Position numbers and translations under genes: made by a program
Notes under the pieces: model-generated
Seen by the model: the letters and a program-made list of their open reading frames with translations, nothing else
The model's database searches: none
Told to the model about the DNA's origin: nothing
Source of the DNA: Chrysomallon squamiferum
Taxonomy: Eukaryota; Animalia; Mollusca
Assembly: GCA_012295275.1 (NCBI GenBank)
Contig: CM022667.1
Location: 248,001 to 312,000 of the forward strand
Direction: 5' to 3'
Length of the DNA stretch: 64,000 nucleotides
Shown: one piece after another, positions 1-13,651 of the stretch
How positions within the stretch are numbered: position 1 is the stretch's first letter
Layout of the letters: every line of letters begins with the position of its first letter

Positions 1-412
1 TTTTTTTTATTATCTGTATTTTTGTTGCTAAGAAATGGATGCTTATTTCACACACAAACTGAAGGAAAGGATCAAGATTTTTATAATCAGAATTTGTATA
101 AAATATATAGAATGAAAGCTGAAACTTAAAATATACCTCTGGCTGTTCAGAAAAAATTATAAAACCATACATAATGAAAAGAAAAATGTATACAAAACAG
201 TTTAATGTATATTGTATTTTTTTTAAAACATGAAATATGTGGAAACTAATTTTCTAAAATACATGTAATAATGACCACAGTAACAAAAAACGTAATGATT
301 ACTACCAAATACTGCATCTTTGTTAACCCCAAATAGTATCTATAAACAACAAGGCAACAAAATAATCTTACGAAAGTTTGGCGATGAAAAAAAATGAAGA
401 TAGAAAACTCAC

Positions 413-3037
413 GACTGTTGGAACAAGAGCTGCATTTACATGTATGACAGCCTCTTCAAAGTTTTCTTCTTCTTCTGGGAATCCATCTTCATTTCTTAAA
501 ATACCTGCACAAAACAATAACACAGTCTAATACATGTTCATATTTACCTTTTCAACCACCAAAAGTAAATCAAAAATTTTATATGATTGAAAAGATTAAA
601 AGGATTATAATTAATTACAGCTCAGGATTTTTGTTTTCTTGAAGGATTTTTTTTTACTTTGAGTATTTAAAGCATACTATTTTGGTATTATGAAATATGT
701 TAACTATGTTTTGTTTATATACAAGTCATTGCTCTATTTGTTTTATTTAACACCAGTTCTTGCTAATAATAAAGTATGATTATATAAATTAATAATAAGC
801 TTCTGAGATATCTGACAGTTTCTCTAATATTGTAAAGAAAAATTAAAATAATAATAATAACAACAAATTTCAAAAAAAGCTTAGATGACAGGAAATCAGA
901 ACAAAATCACTATATCCTCAGTCTGTCAGGAATGTTTTACAAAATAATGAACTTTTCTATTTAGAAAAGTGTCACATCAATCACTGAACGAAAATTTTAA
1001 GTTTACTATCTGAAATATATGATGCAAACAAATTACAGCAAAACTTCTCAAAACTAAAACAGGGTTGAGACCAACTAAAAAGTTTGGATTAGTGAGGTTT
1101 TACACTGAGACTTTTCGAAATGTACATGTGACAACCAAGTAAAATCTTCAGTTTGGAGAGGTGTTTTGTTTACATAGATTTTAGATAACTTTTATGATAA
1201 ATCAATCATAGACCACTGAGAAAGTTTGATATTCAAGGAATTCCAGTTTAATAAAGGATTGGTTTGGAGACATTATTTACATTATTTATAAACTTACCTT
1301 GTCTTATCATGTCTTTGAGTTCATTTTTCTCTTTGTATGTTCTAGGGAGATTACCATCATGCTAAATAAATAATGAAAAAAAAAGGTTATTTGTGAAAAA
1401 TGATGTTGATATATTATATACTTAAACGAATATGGTAAAGGAATAATTTTCAGAATACACTAACATTCATAAAATAAATAAATCTAAAAGTTATGAAATG
1501 ATCCTTTACGGAAATATATCAGTTAATATACATATGTGTGTGTAATTATTATTATGATTATTATTATTAATGCACAAATTTTAAGAAATAAAATTAAAAT
1601 ACACAAACCTCCTGTTTCCACCGATGTAGATACTTGTAAATAATAACAAGCCATGGTGTATGTGAGTGATCCTATAGAAAGAATATATAAATAACATATA
1701 ACAACAAAATTATTTTAAACTCTCTACTTTTAATGCATTTTCACTTTAAGTATTTTAGCCTGTTCCAGTCCAAGCTGAATTATTATTTTTGTTAATGATT
1801 AGAAGATTATTCAAACTTAGAAGATTTAATGTTAATCTTAGTAACTAACGCTGCTGTTAATAATGTAAATGTAAAATGCTATATAAAGAGTTGTATGTAA
1901 TTATTAATATTATATATTACTGGTTAATAATATAATTATATTCTCACCTTTTTGTTCATTGTGGAGAGGTTTAGAGAATCACAGTATTCTACCAGCCCTT
2001 TAAATGGACTGTCCAGTCGAAGGTCATCAAAGACATTCTCTGGATGAGATTCCACAACTGATAAACAAATATAAAATCATTAATAACTACGTATTATTAA
2101 TACTTGTACAAATATCTCAGCATGAAGAAATTATTTTAACGATTAATACATTTTTTTGTTGTTGTTTTTGTTGTTTAATGAATGCTTTTGATATTTTTGC
2201 TGAAGTGAATATTAATTTTTTTTTTTTTTTTTTAAATAATCTGTATATATTTACTTCAACAGAATATCAAAAATATTGATATAGGTTTTTTTATTAATGC
2301 AAAAAATAATTTAATCTATTTATGAAAATTAAAATGATAATAAATATATTATTAATACAGTACTACTATTTCAGTCTGAACATATTAGTTTTCACAATAA
2401 ATGATTGATTCTTTAACATTTTGTTTTAAAAATAAAAGTTTGTAACTGAAAACTGTATCAAAACTTTAACATTGAAATTAATCATTTTATAAAACTTTAC
2501 ACAAATTAAAATTAATTGGATCAAATATATTTCAGTTTAAATAAAGGTATGTATTTATGACTATCATCTACAAAGATCACACTAATACTGTTTTTTTACT
2601 GTTTATATATTTATTGTTTTAAAGTGAAAGTTTATTAACAATGTTATACATTGTTTAAGAGACCATCTTACCTGTATGTTCCCTAGCAACTAGTCTCATG
2701 TAACCAATGAAACCATAGCAACGACTGACTATCATGGGAATGTTATGTTCCCAAAGCAATTCACCAAGCTGAAGTAGTGTTCTTTAAAAAAGAAATAATA
2801 ATAATAATAGTAATAATAATTTTAAAAATATATTAAAATAAGAAAAAAAGAAAAAAGGAAAAGAAAAAGGTCAAAAAGGTAATAAACTGTTTGAGATCGA
2901 AGACAAAATTATTTTAACTTTTATTATACATTCAGATTAATTAAACTTATCTTTTATAACTATCAATTTTATAAATTTGTGTCTTTTTATTTTTATTAAG
3001 TTGCAATGGGTTAGTGGTCATTTGTGTTCATATCTAA

Positions 3038-3086
<49 letters not shown>

Positions 3087-6000
3087 CATTGGGTTATGTA
3101 AAATTTTCTAGAACGTTAGAGTCTTATAATGTTAAGAAATTAACTTACCTTTCACACATGTTAGTTGCTAAAACAATAGAAAATGAAGTAAAGAAATCTC
3201 TGTTTGTTTCCAACAGTTGTTCAGGACTCTGCAATTAAAAGATGAAAAATTATTATTTTACAGAATCCCACAAAAACCATATGTGAATGGTGGCATGAAT
3301 GTACTTTGGACAAAAGAAACTACCATCACAATCTTAAATACAAAATGTATAACATAAAATATTAATACATATACTAATTATTATTACGCATTTTTTTGTT
3401 ATAAATGATAATTAGTGATCATTAGTTTGTTTTGTTTTGTTTTTTATAGAAATAATAACAGAGTAACTATACAAAATATTCATTTATATTATTTATTTTT
3501 GTTTATATTCATGCAAAACATTCAGAACAACATAAGATGCCCATCCTGGTCATTGTTGAGTAAGTTGTCAAGCAATGAGCCAAACATCACCAGGATTGTT
3601 CTAATACATAAAATACAGTTTGGTCTTTGATCAGCCAATGCCACTATTAATAATTTCTTAAAGCATTAATAACTAATATGAAATTAAATAAATAAAATGC
3701 AGTAGTTATTTAAAATAAATGAAATGAAACATCATAAACCACTATTAGTTTCTAAAGACATTGATTCACATGTAATAATCTGCATTACTACTTTTTTTCT
3801 GTATTTATAATCTAAATGCATCCCTCACTATGATTAAAGTATTATGACCTCATTTATCATGCCCAAAGTATTTTGATAGTTCTCATAATGATTTAAGTAT
3901 TTCAATATTTTTCACTGTGCCTAAAACACTGAATTTAAACCAAAGTACAAATCATTTTTAACTAAAATTTAGATATTTCCACATAGATTTATCCACCCCA
4001 TACACAACATTTTGTTCTACTTTCAGAACATGTATATATGTTGTATGTTTTAGTTACATGTGAACCTAATCATGTCCTCAATTGTAATCTATTGAAAAAA
4101 CACTGAACTTTGTTCCAATGCAATATTTTGGTATCCTTTGTTACGCCTAATCTGTTTTCTAATTCCAAACTATGTTTATTACATTTCCTTATTAATCCTC
4201 CATATGTATATCAGCAACTAAATTATTCCTAATGTATTGAAGTATCACTTGTTATACCTAACAGATTATGGCACTCATAGTTAACTATTAAGCTAGATCT
4301 GCATTTTTAACGGATACTACTAGTTTTTATTTGCAAGTCAGAGAGAGAGAGAAAAATTACCTCTTCTACAAAATCTCCTGTTACATCTTCATTGAGCTCA
4401 CTCAGTAATTCTGTGGCAACCTGAGCCCTTGACTGAGAAAAAAAAGAGAGAAAAAAGAATTTAAATATGGAAAGAAAATTAATAATCATTTAAAAACGAA
4501 ATTTCATTTGGATGGCTAAATATAATATCTTATAAAGATTATTATTTATTTGACAATAAATTACATTCTGAATTTTATTATTTTGTTTTGTAGTGAAATA
4601 CAAATGCTCCTGTAAATATTCAAATTTTTTTTTTTATCATGCTGTCAAAGTTTATGCAGCTGAAAATTAAATATTAGTAAAAAAATAAAAAATTAAAATG
4701 TTTAAGTAAAATTTATAAAATTACAAATTATATAATGATTATATTTACTCACTTTGCCCAAACTTTCTTTTGACAGGAAAAAACTGGAAAAGAAAGAGAA
4801 ATAAAAATAGAATCAAATGCACATCTTGCTGCAGTTTAAACATATGTACAAATTCAACTGCTTATTAATATATGAACAAGTAGACATCATGAACCAAGTG
4901 CTACATTAATTTGTTTCTTTTTAAAATTAAATACTATCAATTTGCATGTGTGTGTCCTAAATTTAAAAAATTTAACTGTAAATATTTAAATAGTGACTAG
5001 AATAAAATTATTAAAATTTTTAAATTATTTTTGTATGAACAGCAAAAAGGATGCTGTCACATCTGAGGGGTAAACAGACATCTTATTAAACTGTCTAAAA
5101 TAAAAAAACTGTAATTAATGTTTTATGTTTCAATAAAACTAAAAGGGAGTGCACGAACTTTATATTAACTGGATATTAACGTCTTATATAAGACATGTCA
5201 CCCAGTACTAATAGACACATAATTTAATAAATTAAAAAGCTCACTTGTTTCCAACATCCTCTCCTGAAACTTTGTTACCATCAACAATTGTAAATGAACC
5301 AATACCTGAAAATATTCATGAAATATAACTTAGAGAAAGATGTGATATAAATTCAGTGAAGTCAAATTAAATCAGACTTAAGAAAAGATAAGGATGCAGG
5401 ATTAATCCCTGCACAGTGATCTAGGTGAGTTTTTGCCTGTTCTACTCAGGCCTCTATGACTGGTTAAGTTCATCAAAACTTGTGATATGTTCTGCTACTG
5501 TCAACCGAAAGAAGTTCATTTACAAATATTAAAATAAGAAGAAAAGTGAAAAAAATGCTTTTTCTTTCATATCACACTATACAAAAATTTCAATGTTAAA
5601 ATGCTTAGTAATAAACAGATTCATTTATTTCAACATTAAAACAAATAACTGAAAACAAAACAATAACACCAAAAACATTTTCAAAAAAAAAGGTTACCTG
5701 GCAACACCAAATTCTTTAATATCTCAGTTCCTGTTGCTGTTGCATTGATTAAACAAACTCTAGCAGACTCAAGAGCTGACTGCCCATGGTCACCCCATAA
5801 CCTGAAAGAAAATGTGAAAAAATTAAAATAATTGTTGTGTATGTTTGACAAAAATTTCTTTCCAATAAAGGAAATGTGAAAATCCATAAGGAATTTATTA
5901 AGTAAATAAATACAGATTAGAATACAAATAATCAAATGAAAATTTTTCCTGTAACAAAATACACTTAAATAAACATATATAAATAAGTAGAGCACGGGCA

Positions 6001-6538
6001 CATGACTTGACAGAAATATAACCTAGAAATATTAAAGAAAAAGAACTCTGTCAATAGATAAATTAAAATAATTAAATGCCTTTTTGTGATATGACATTAA
6101 ATATAGTCTTCAATGCAACAGTTGAAACTTGTGAAATGTAACCTTTTAATGTTAATTACCTCATGTCTATCTTTATTAATTATTTTATTAGTTATTTTTT
6201 TAATTATCAGTTTCAATTAATCCTTTGCGTTGGTGATTATCTTTTTAGCATAAAACATTTTTTATCCTTTTTTCCACATATTTATGAATTTAACTCTTGA
6301 CAATCTGAGAATCCCAACGTGACAAATATCCAGTCTCGAAACTGACAAAGTCAAAGTGCTCGAGCTTTGAAGTACATAAGATTATCTCTTCTTTCATTCA
6401 TTATGCTTATAGAATTGTAATACTTTTAAAATGGATGATAATGGAGTTAAATCTCTTCTTTTGGGTACCGCTAATTTACCTTAACTGGCGATCATATTTC
6501 TTATTTTTGTCTATACCACTTTTCGTGGTAGCCGCCAT
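413..6538 (-). CDS. NAE1: NEDD8-activating enzyme E1 regulatory subunit (APP-BP1), exons 1-11; the 3' part lies beyond the left edge of the window
   Basis: Exons (minus): 6538-6480, 5801-5698, 5305-5245, 4783-4753, 4432-4361, 3228-3149, 2781-2672, 2057-1948, 1671-1609, 1361-1298, 504-413. All introns are GT-AG and phases are consistent. Translation: [78 protein letters not shown]...[17 protein letters not shown]...[14 protein letters not shown]...[22 protein letters not shown] and [14 protein letters not shown] are diagnostic of NAE1/APP-BP1. Confidence 0.97.
1034..1283. mobile_element. Degenerate MITE-like (Tc1/mariner/pogo-type, TA-flanked) non-autonomous DNA element in NAE1 intron 10
   Basis: Begins TA-CAGCAAAACTTCTCAAAAC. 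It carries several imperfect reverse-complement copies of this terminus (GGATTAGTGAGGTTTTACACTG ~1086-1107; CAGTTTGGAGAGGTG ~1149; GGTTTGGAGAC ~1261). Family assignment is inference and the boundaries are approximate. Confidence 0.45.
3040..3082. repeat. (TG)n microsatellite
   Basis: Seen directly; it produces spurious ORF 3044..3238. Confidence 0.95.
5390..5530 (+). mobile_element. Degenerate SINE fragment, opposite orientation to the copies at 12.7 kb and 47.7 kb
   Basis: GCAGGATTAATCCC...GACTGGTT...CATCAAAACTTGTGATATGTTCTGCTACTGTC loosely matches the reverse complement of the core shared by 12685-12750 and 47700-47772. Confidence 0.4.
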
Positions 6539-7153
6539 TCTCTTCTGACGTGACTATAACAATTCCCTTGTTTTTAGAGCACCCTTTTAGATAGTAATTA
6601 TAAATAAAAGGCATTTTTACTTTCAATCTTAATTTAAAATGGATTAAATACATTTTGTGTTCCTCTTTATAGCTTTTGGCATAATATCTTTGTTTATAAT
6701 ACATGACAATATAAAATCAAAATCATAAGAAATAATGAAATAACGATAATAATAAAATAAAATAGGAAAATAAAAGATCTCATTTGATTGACTTTACGAT
6801 GTCAGAGAAAGAAGAAGAAGAAGATGATGAAGAAGAAGAAGAATCATTTACGGTATTTGGGTTGAATCCTCTGACATGTATGTTCGTTAATCTTCGGAAA
6901 TATGACGTCAACAATTACTTGACGGCTCTTAGCAACCATAAATACGGACAGTGTATAAATAATGGTTTTGTATATAAAATTTACGTAAGGATACACTTTA
7001 CTGTACATTTTAATATTTATATATATATATATATATAATACATATACACAGACTCACAAACGCACGAAGACAAACACAAACACATACACAGATATATAAT
7101 TCGCTGTTATTAACAGTTTAAATATTTTTGCTGTTGTTGTTATTATTATCATA

Positions 7154-7201
<48 letters not shown>

Positions 7202-7332
7202 TTGTTTATTATTATTTTATTTATATATATATATATATATAAACTGAAAAAATCGGACTATTTCATGAAGATAGTGTTGAAGAAGACAGTCCTCATTTGA
7301 ATTTTATCAGAATGGAGGCGTTTCCATGGACC

Positions 7333-7335
<3 letters not shown>

Positions 7336-7420
<85 letters not shown>
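7336..7420. repeat. (AG)n microsatellite
   Basis: Seen directly. Confidence 0.95.
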
Positions 7421-7422
<2 letters not shown>

Positions 7423-8013
7423 AAATAGGTTATCGCACCATTTTTTGACAGTATTTATTGTTTTTCACTTTCTTATTCTTATATGTCGAGGTACGTGCGT
7501 GAATGTATGCGTGAATGTATGTGCATGCGTGAGTACAAATAACTCGACAAATTGAATGTAGGTAATGCAGTAAGTATTTACAGTATGACGGAATATCTCA
7601 CTGCTGATACCGTTGTGTATTGGCAGCATTAAACAGAGGATGTGTATTATCTCAAATGAAACGTGTGTATTGTAACACCTGAAGTGTAGATTACTTCATA
7701 TCTTGATCCTCATTTGATGTTTTAAATGACTTACTACTTAGTTGTTTATATATTTTAACCTGCATTAAAATATGGTGAGTATTACATACTGGATAATAAG
7801 CGGAGATTACAAGTTCTCCACTCCAATCAAAAAAGATGCCAATGATTTCGCCGTTTAGTAACGTTTGTATTCATTCCTATTTGAAGGAAACGAAACTAAA
7901 AAAAAAAATCAAACAAACAAAAAACCACTTTAACAATAATAATAATCAAATTTAAAAAAAAAAAAAAAAAAAAAAATGTTCCGTCTGGTTATTGCTCTGA
8001 ATACAAATGAAAT

Positions 8014-8016
<3 letters not shown>

Positions 8017-8067
<51 letters not shown>

Positions 8068-8100
8068 ATTTGTGTCAAATTTTGATTTATAATCTAACGG

Positions 8101-8161
<61 letters not shown>
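8017..8161. repeat. (CA)n tract and (TG)n tract in inverted arrangement, about 35 nt apart
   Basis: (CA)n ~8017-8066 and (TG)n ~8102-8161, seen directly. Confidence 0.95.
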
Positions 8162-8162
<1 letters not shown>

Positions 8163-8489
8163 ACGGGTGAAAAAAAAACCCTGATCAGTGACTTTTTCTA
8201 AATGCTTAAATATTACAAATTTTCAGCATAAAATAAACCTCTTCAATAAATTTTATTAACGATACTACCACAGTATCAAGTAGGCAGGGTTATGAAATGT
8301 CGCAAAATAAATGTTCGTCTTTGGTAAACAATTAAAAGTCTGTTTCATTTTTATTATTTTTTGAATGAAATCAGTCCGAATTAATGTTCAGAATGTAGAT
8401 GCCATTAACCAGGCATTATTTTAACGTCTTTCATTTTTGAGCGTTTGAGAATTTATAGGTAGTCCAGTTCAGGAAACGAATACATCGTT

Positions 8490-9433
8490 TTAAAACATAT
8501 TAACGTGTTTTCCGAAGTAATGGTCGCATAACAACAAGGGGCAGTCGTTGAATTCAACAGTGTAGTCGTAATACAGATCAGCTTCTTCCGGATCTTCGCG
8601 CATGCCTCCTAGAATACCACATTCTTCCAGCGTATATTCTGGTGGCAGACGACATTCTTTGCTTCGTGTTTTATCGGTAAAGATCGCCAGTTTATTGGAG
8701 AGTATGCTCGTTTGTTGCATAATGATCTGGATCAGGCCAAATACGGGGATGTGAGTGTGAACGAGCACGGTAATGTGTCCTGGATAATTTTTCATGTTGT
8801 CGAAAGTGACAAGTCGTAGCGTTAACAAAACAAATCTGAAAAAAAAAGAAACAATAATTAGCGCTCGAGTTTGTTTTTGTTAGGTTCTAATTACGTAGTT
8901 ATTTCCTAACTAGATAAAGATTACATTATACACAGAAACACTGTTTGATACAGATTATAAATATATAATTAATGCGTTAACACGACTAGAGAGTATTTGA
9001 AACTGATTTACAAAACTAATATGTAACTCTTTTTTTTATGGTATATTCATGGTAAACAGTGAAGATTTATAGAGAATAGACATTAATAGGATTCAAAATA
9101 ATTTTAAAATATAAATATATATATATATATATATGTGTATATATATATATATAAATATATATATATGTATATTTACACACACACACACACATACACATCT
9201 TTAAATATTGAAACAAAAAAAGGTTTTGTAAATAATAAACACACACAGAAACACACACACACACACACACATATACATGTATAAAATTTATAAATTACTT
9301 TGGATTCATTTCTCTGTATGGACCATCAATGAGCATTTTGCAGTGTTCACATTTCTCAAGGTTACGATTTGTGAGGATTAAAGAGTCTTCCTGGTCTAAC
9401 CCGTCGAGTTCTACATCCTCAATCTCTCTGAAA

Positions 9434-9481
<48 letters not shown>

Positions 9482-11974
9482 GCAAAATGAATATTTCAAT
9501 AGCAGAAACAGCAGAGAGAATGTGAAAGTTAGAGAGTGAGTTAAATACTGAACATAAATCTATAACAATGCACGCCCGTACGCTTAAATTTCTGTAAGGC
9601 GTGCGTAATAGACGGCGCAAAGGATGATCCGGGGTCATGAATTTAGTGTCTATCAGAAAGGATCCGCGGAAAAAGTAACGAAACTGGTTACTGTACAACA
9701 TATTTCAGTTAGGCATTATGTCACTAGACTTGCCATAAGTGCCAAAACTTCTTACGAAAAAAAAAAAAAAAAAATGATAATAAAAAAATAAAACTTCAGG
9801 TACGAGCCTGCAACGAACCAACATTACGATGAAAAATGAAATAACTCGGCGGAAAACGTTTTAAACAAAAATAAAGACTCTCTAAAACACACAGTATAAT
9901 AATATAATTTTTATAGATTAAATGTAATTCGCGTAAAAAGAATTTGAACATGTACCCACTCAGTAACTTACACCTTCGTTAACGTAAGTAATAAAATATG
10001 GAAACAAAATATAAATTCATGATAATCACTGAATTGTAGTTCGGTTTCTGACGACATTTCAAGATATAATAAAAACGACGTCAACAATTGAATGACGTCA
10101 CTTAACAACCACAAACCGATAGCGGCGGGCGAAGACTGGCAATGGATAATGGATTTGACTTTCGAACGAGATATGGTAAATATTTATATTTTTAATCAGT
10201 TATCAAAAGAAAAACTTAAAACAGCAGCAACTGATTGTGTGTTGTTGCTCACAAAACACCTTTAAAATTTACTGAAAGGTCATTATTACTGATAAACGAC
10301 AGAGACAGAGTGAAATTGTACACAAAATACATTTGGTGTATTTCAGACAATTAGAATATATTCGGTGAACTGTAAAACAAAGCACAATGTATTTGGCTTA
10401 TTGTAAACATTATATGAGGTATTGCAACTGAATATACTTAGTGAATTGCAAAGAGCGTGTATTTGATATAATTACTGTAGGCATACATAGTACATTTAGT
10501 GTGTTGTAGACATGTAGAATAATTATATTATACAGAGGATTGCCAACAGTATAACAGATACACAGTAAACATACAAAATGTGTCTCATATGCTGTAAAGT
10601 AGATGTACAAAATATATAATTAGATATATTAGCTACAATGTAAATGTACACTAATGTAATGTAAACGTCTAAAATACATAATTATATATATTAGGTTACT
10701 ATGATCGTCCAGTAACCTATCTGATAAGGTGAAAATTAGAATGACCATTTACGTTCAGCAACAATGACTATATTCAAAGAAAGCCATAAAATTTATATTT
10801 AATAAAGAGAGTATAATTAATTGACAACATGTCATACTTATTTAATGAAAATAATATAACTAAATGACATCATGTCACACTTCGTTGATGAAAATAATAT
10901 AATTAAATGACAACATGTCATACTTCTTTAATGAAAATAATATAGTTAAAGCCAGCGTATCGTACTTCACATACTGCAGCCCCTTTGTGAGCTCCATGTA
11001 ACTTATTTCTCCCGCGTTATCTGTGTCCAGTAGAGTGGCCAGCAGGTGTAGCTCTAGTTTGTTTAGTGGCACGTTTAAGTCCAGCATAGCTAGAAAATAA
11101 CAATAACAATAACGATAATAATAATAATAATAATAATAATTATAAAAATAATGATGATGATAAAAATAATAATAATGATAAAAATAATGATGATGATGAT
11201 GATGATGATAATGATGATGATGATGATGACAATGATCATAATAATGATCTGATGATAATGATAATAATAATCGTAATCGTAATAATGATGATGACGATGG
11301 TGGTGATATAGTCATGATGATAATGGTGTCAGTAGTCGTGGTGGTAATGGTGATGAAGATAATGATGGCTGTCGCGGTCAAGAAGATGAAGTTAGTGGAT
11401 GTGGTAGTGGTGTATGTTGTATTAATTATGAGGAGAAGACGATGACAGTGATAGTAATTTAAAAAAATTAAAATAAATGTGATTTAACATTAAGTTTTTG
11501 ACACGAAAAAATTAAATTTAAACATATTTTTATGTCTTTTAAGATTATTATTATTATTTTTTTTTTTTAAAGAAAAAAAAAAATGTTTTAAAGTTATTTA
11601 TCTGTTTTCCATGTATCTAACTATAGCAAAACAAACTAAATTATCTTCATACAGTTAGTAAAATAATATAATTTACCTGATTTGAAATCGTCATAGGAAA
11701 CCACACCTTCTCCATCTGTATCTAGCTGTCTGAAGATTTCTACTGCTTTTGGTGCCACGCCCAACAGCCACCTGTCCATACGTCCAACAAAACTGTGATA
11801 AAATGCAGTGTCTTCTTTCAGCTTCTTAATGCCTTTTTCTAACTTCTCCTAAAACATAATAGCAATGATTTTTATTTGTTTTTAAATTATAAGGAATATT
11901 ATAGCGGTAATACTTATTTAATTTTAGACCAAATTTTTTTTTAAATTCATTATATGTTTATTGTATTTGTAATT

Positions 11975-12054
<80 letters not shown>

Positions 12055-12345
12055 ATTATTTACATTAACAATCGTACATGTGCTTTTTCATTTTTATTCA
12101 GCTTTTTCTTCTTTTCTTTCTTCTTTCCTTTGCCCGAGACTGACACAGCAATGCTGGTCCCCTGGGACATCGACATAAGCGTGTCCTCATCGGCGAGTCT
12201 GGGTGTGTCTTCATGTTTGTCTGACCCCGTGGCTTTCGACGATTTCTTTCTAAAGTTAAAATGTTTCATTATTTGTTTTGTTTATCGATATCATTACAGA
12301 ATATCTTCTCATTTTTATAGTTGGCTTTTATATGTCAAACACTCA

Positions 12346-12416
<71 letters not shown>

Positions 12417-12583
12417 CCACACACACAAACACACACATAAAATAATATAATTTTATATATAAATACACACACACACACACACATAAAATACACATAAATA
12501 TTTTGTATAAATATATAAAATGTCTGAGGTCCGATAAAATATGTATACTCTAATGATACCAATGAATAAACAATAGGTGTATG

Positions 12584-12633
<50 letters not shown>

Positions 12634-13651
12634 TTGTGTTTTAAAATGAAACTGATTTTATTTTTCTCATAAAGAGCATACGGCCATTCACAGAAAGGAT
12701 AGCACATACCACGGTCTTTGATCTTCCAAAAGCTGGAGCACGGTTGTAATACAATGCATATGTAATATTATAGACGTTAATTACAAATCAGCTGATTCTG
12801 CATAATATAACATAATGTATTTTTCAGAATTCACTAGAAGCACGCTTTGATCCCCACCGTCATGTGGATAATTATGTCGTCTACCTGTTTCTCATTTGTA
12901 TGTTCAAGCACTTATAGTAATGGATATATTTAAATATGCTCTGTGTATATATGCGTTTACTTCATTCACTTTAAATATTATAAAATATAATTTAAGGTGA
13001 TTCCTGAATTTAATAATATAGTATCCATATTAAGAATAAAATAGAATTTAATAATATAGAATAAAATAGAATTTCATATTAAGAATAAAATAGTTAAATA
13101 TACAAAGATTACTTAGTGACATGTAAAATTAACATCAGATATATGAGTTTATATAACAGTAAAAAAAAATGTTAATATAATAAATACTGATGTATTAATA
13201 ACTACAACAAAATAATAAATAAATAAATAATTAAATAATTTTAGAAAATAAAAAAAAAAACGGACAGAGAAAGAAAAAGAAAACAATATTTCATGCAATT
13301 CACAACACTAATAACGATCGGGCTTGGCTTGTGAAGTAAATGTGAATGGAGAACGTTATTGGAATAACAAAGGCCTTATCATTAGCATTGTTACTAAACG
13401 AGAAGTAATGCACTAGATATTGACAAGCGCCAGTCATTAAACCACGGCACTACGCACATAGCCTGTACCTGAATAACAAGACCTCTATATTACAGTCTGC
13501 GTATAACTTTAACTAACACTGTATAACCGTTCATAATAAAACCTCATTTTTTTAGACAGTTTTTAATGTAAATACACAAAGAAATATGACATACAGATCA
13601 AAATAACATCACAACTTACTTTTTCGTTCCTTTTTTCTTCTTTGCACCCAT
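8490..13651 (-). CDS. Uncharacterised EF-hand protein (~324 aa): MG/lysine-rich N-terminus, two EF-hands, CxxC, putative ubiquitin-like C-terminal domain
   Basis: Exons (minus): 13651-13620, 12249-12078, 11848-11677, 11089-10966, 9427-9299, 8835-8490. All introns are GT-AG and phases fit (975 nt). Translation: MGAKKKKGTKKKKSSKATGSDKHEDTPR...EIFRQLDTDGEGVVSYDDFKSAMLDLNVPLNKLELHLLATLLDTDNAGEISYMELTKGL...KCEHCK...FVLLTLRLVTF...LPPEYTLEECGILGG...LYYDYTVEFNDCPLLLCDHYFGKHVNMF*. Confidence 0.85.
10812..10950. repeat. 43-bp minisatellite, ~3 copies, each with a TGACA-n3-TGTCA inverted core
   Basis: Unit ~TATAATTAAATGACAACATGTCATACTTCTTTAATGAAAATAA, starting ~15 nt downstream of the exon-4 donor of the EF-hand gene. 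Confidence 0.85.
11095..11455. repeat. Compound degenerate trinucleotide tract (ATA/ATG/GTG)
   Basis: Seen directly; it gives the poly-H/Y/T part of spurious ORF 10875..11381. Confidence 0.85.
11981..12050. repeat. (GA)n microsatellite
   Basis: Seen directly. Confidence 0.95.
12348..12630. repeat. Compound (CA)n-(CT)n tract followed by a (TG)n tract
   Basis: (CA)n ~12348-12380, (CT)n ~12380-12416, (TG)n ~12586-12630. Confidence 0.9.
12683..12752 (-). mobile_element. SINE central-domain fragment
   Basis: CACAGAAAGGATAGCACATACCACGGTCTTTG aligns by eye with CATAGACAGAATAGTACATACCATGGCCTTTG at ~47708-47739. From memory it resembles the conserved Meta/MESC SINE core; this was not verified by search. 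Confidence 0.6.

Noticed and set aside
6784-7038. 84-aa ORF with an acidic run, divergent from NAE1
   Set aside because: The acidic run is a (GAA)n repeat, and there is no supporting exon chain or domain.
10875-11381. 168-aa His/Tyr/Thr-rich ORF
   Set aside because: Only 11089-10966 is a real exon; the rest is a trinucleotide tract.
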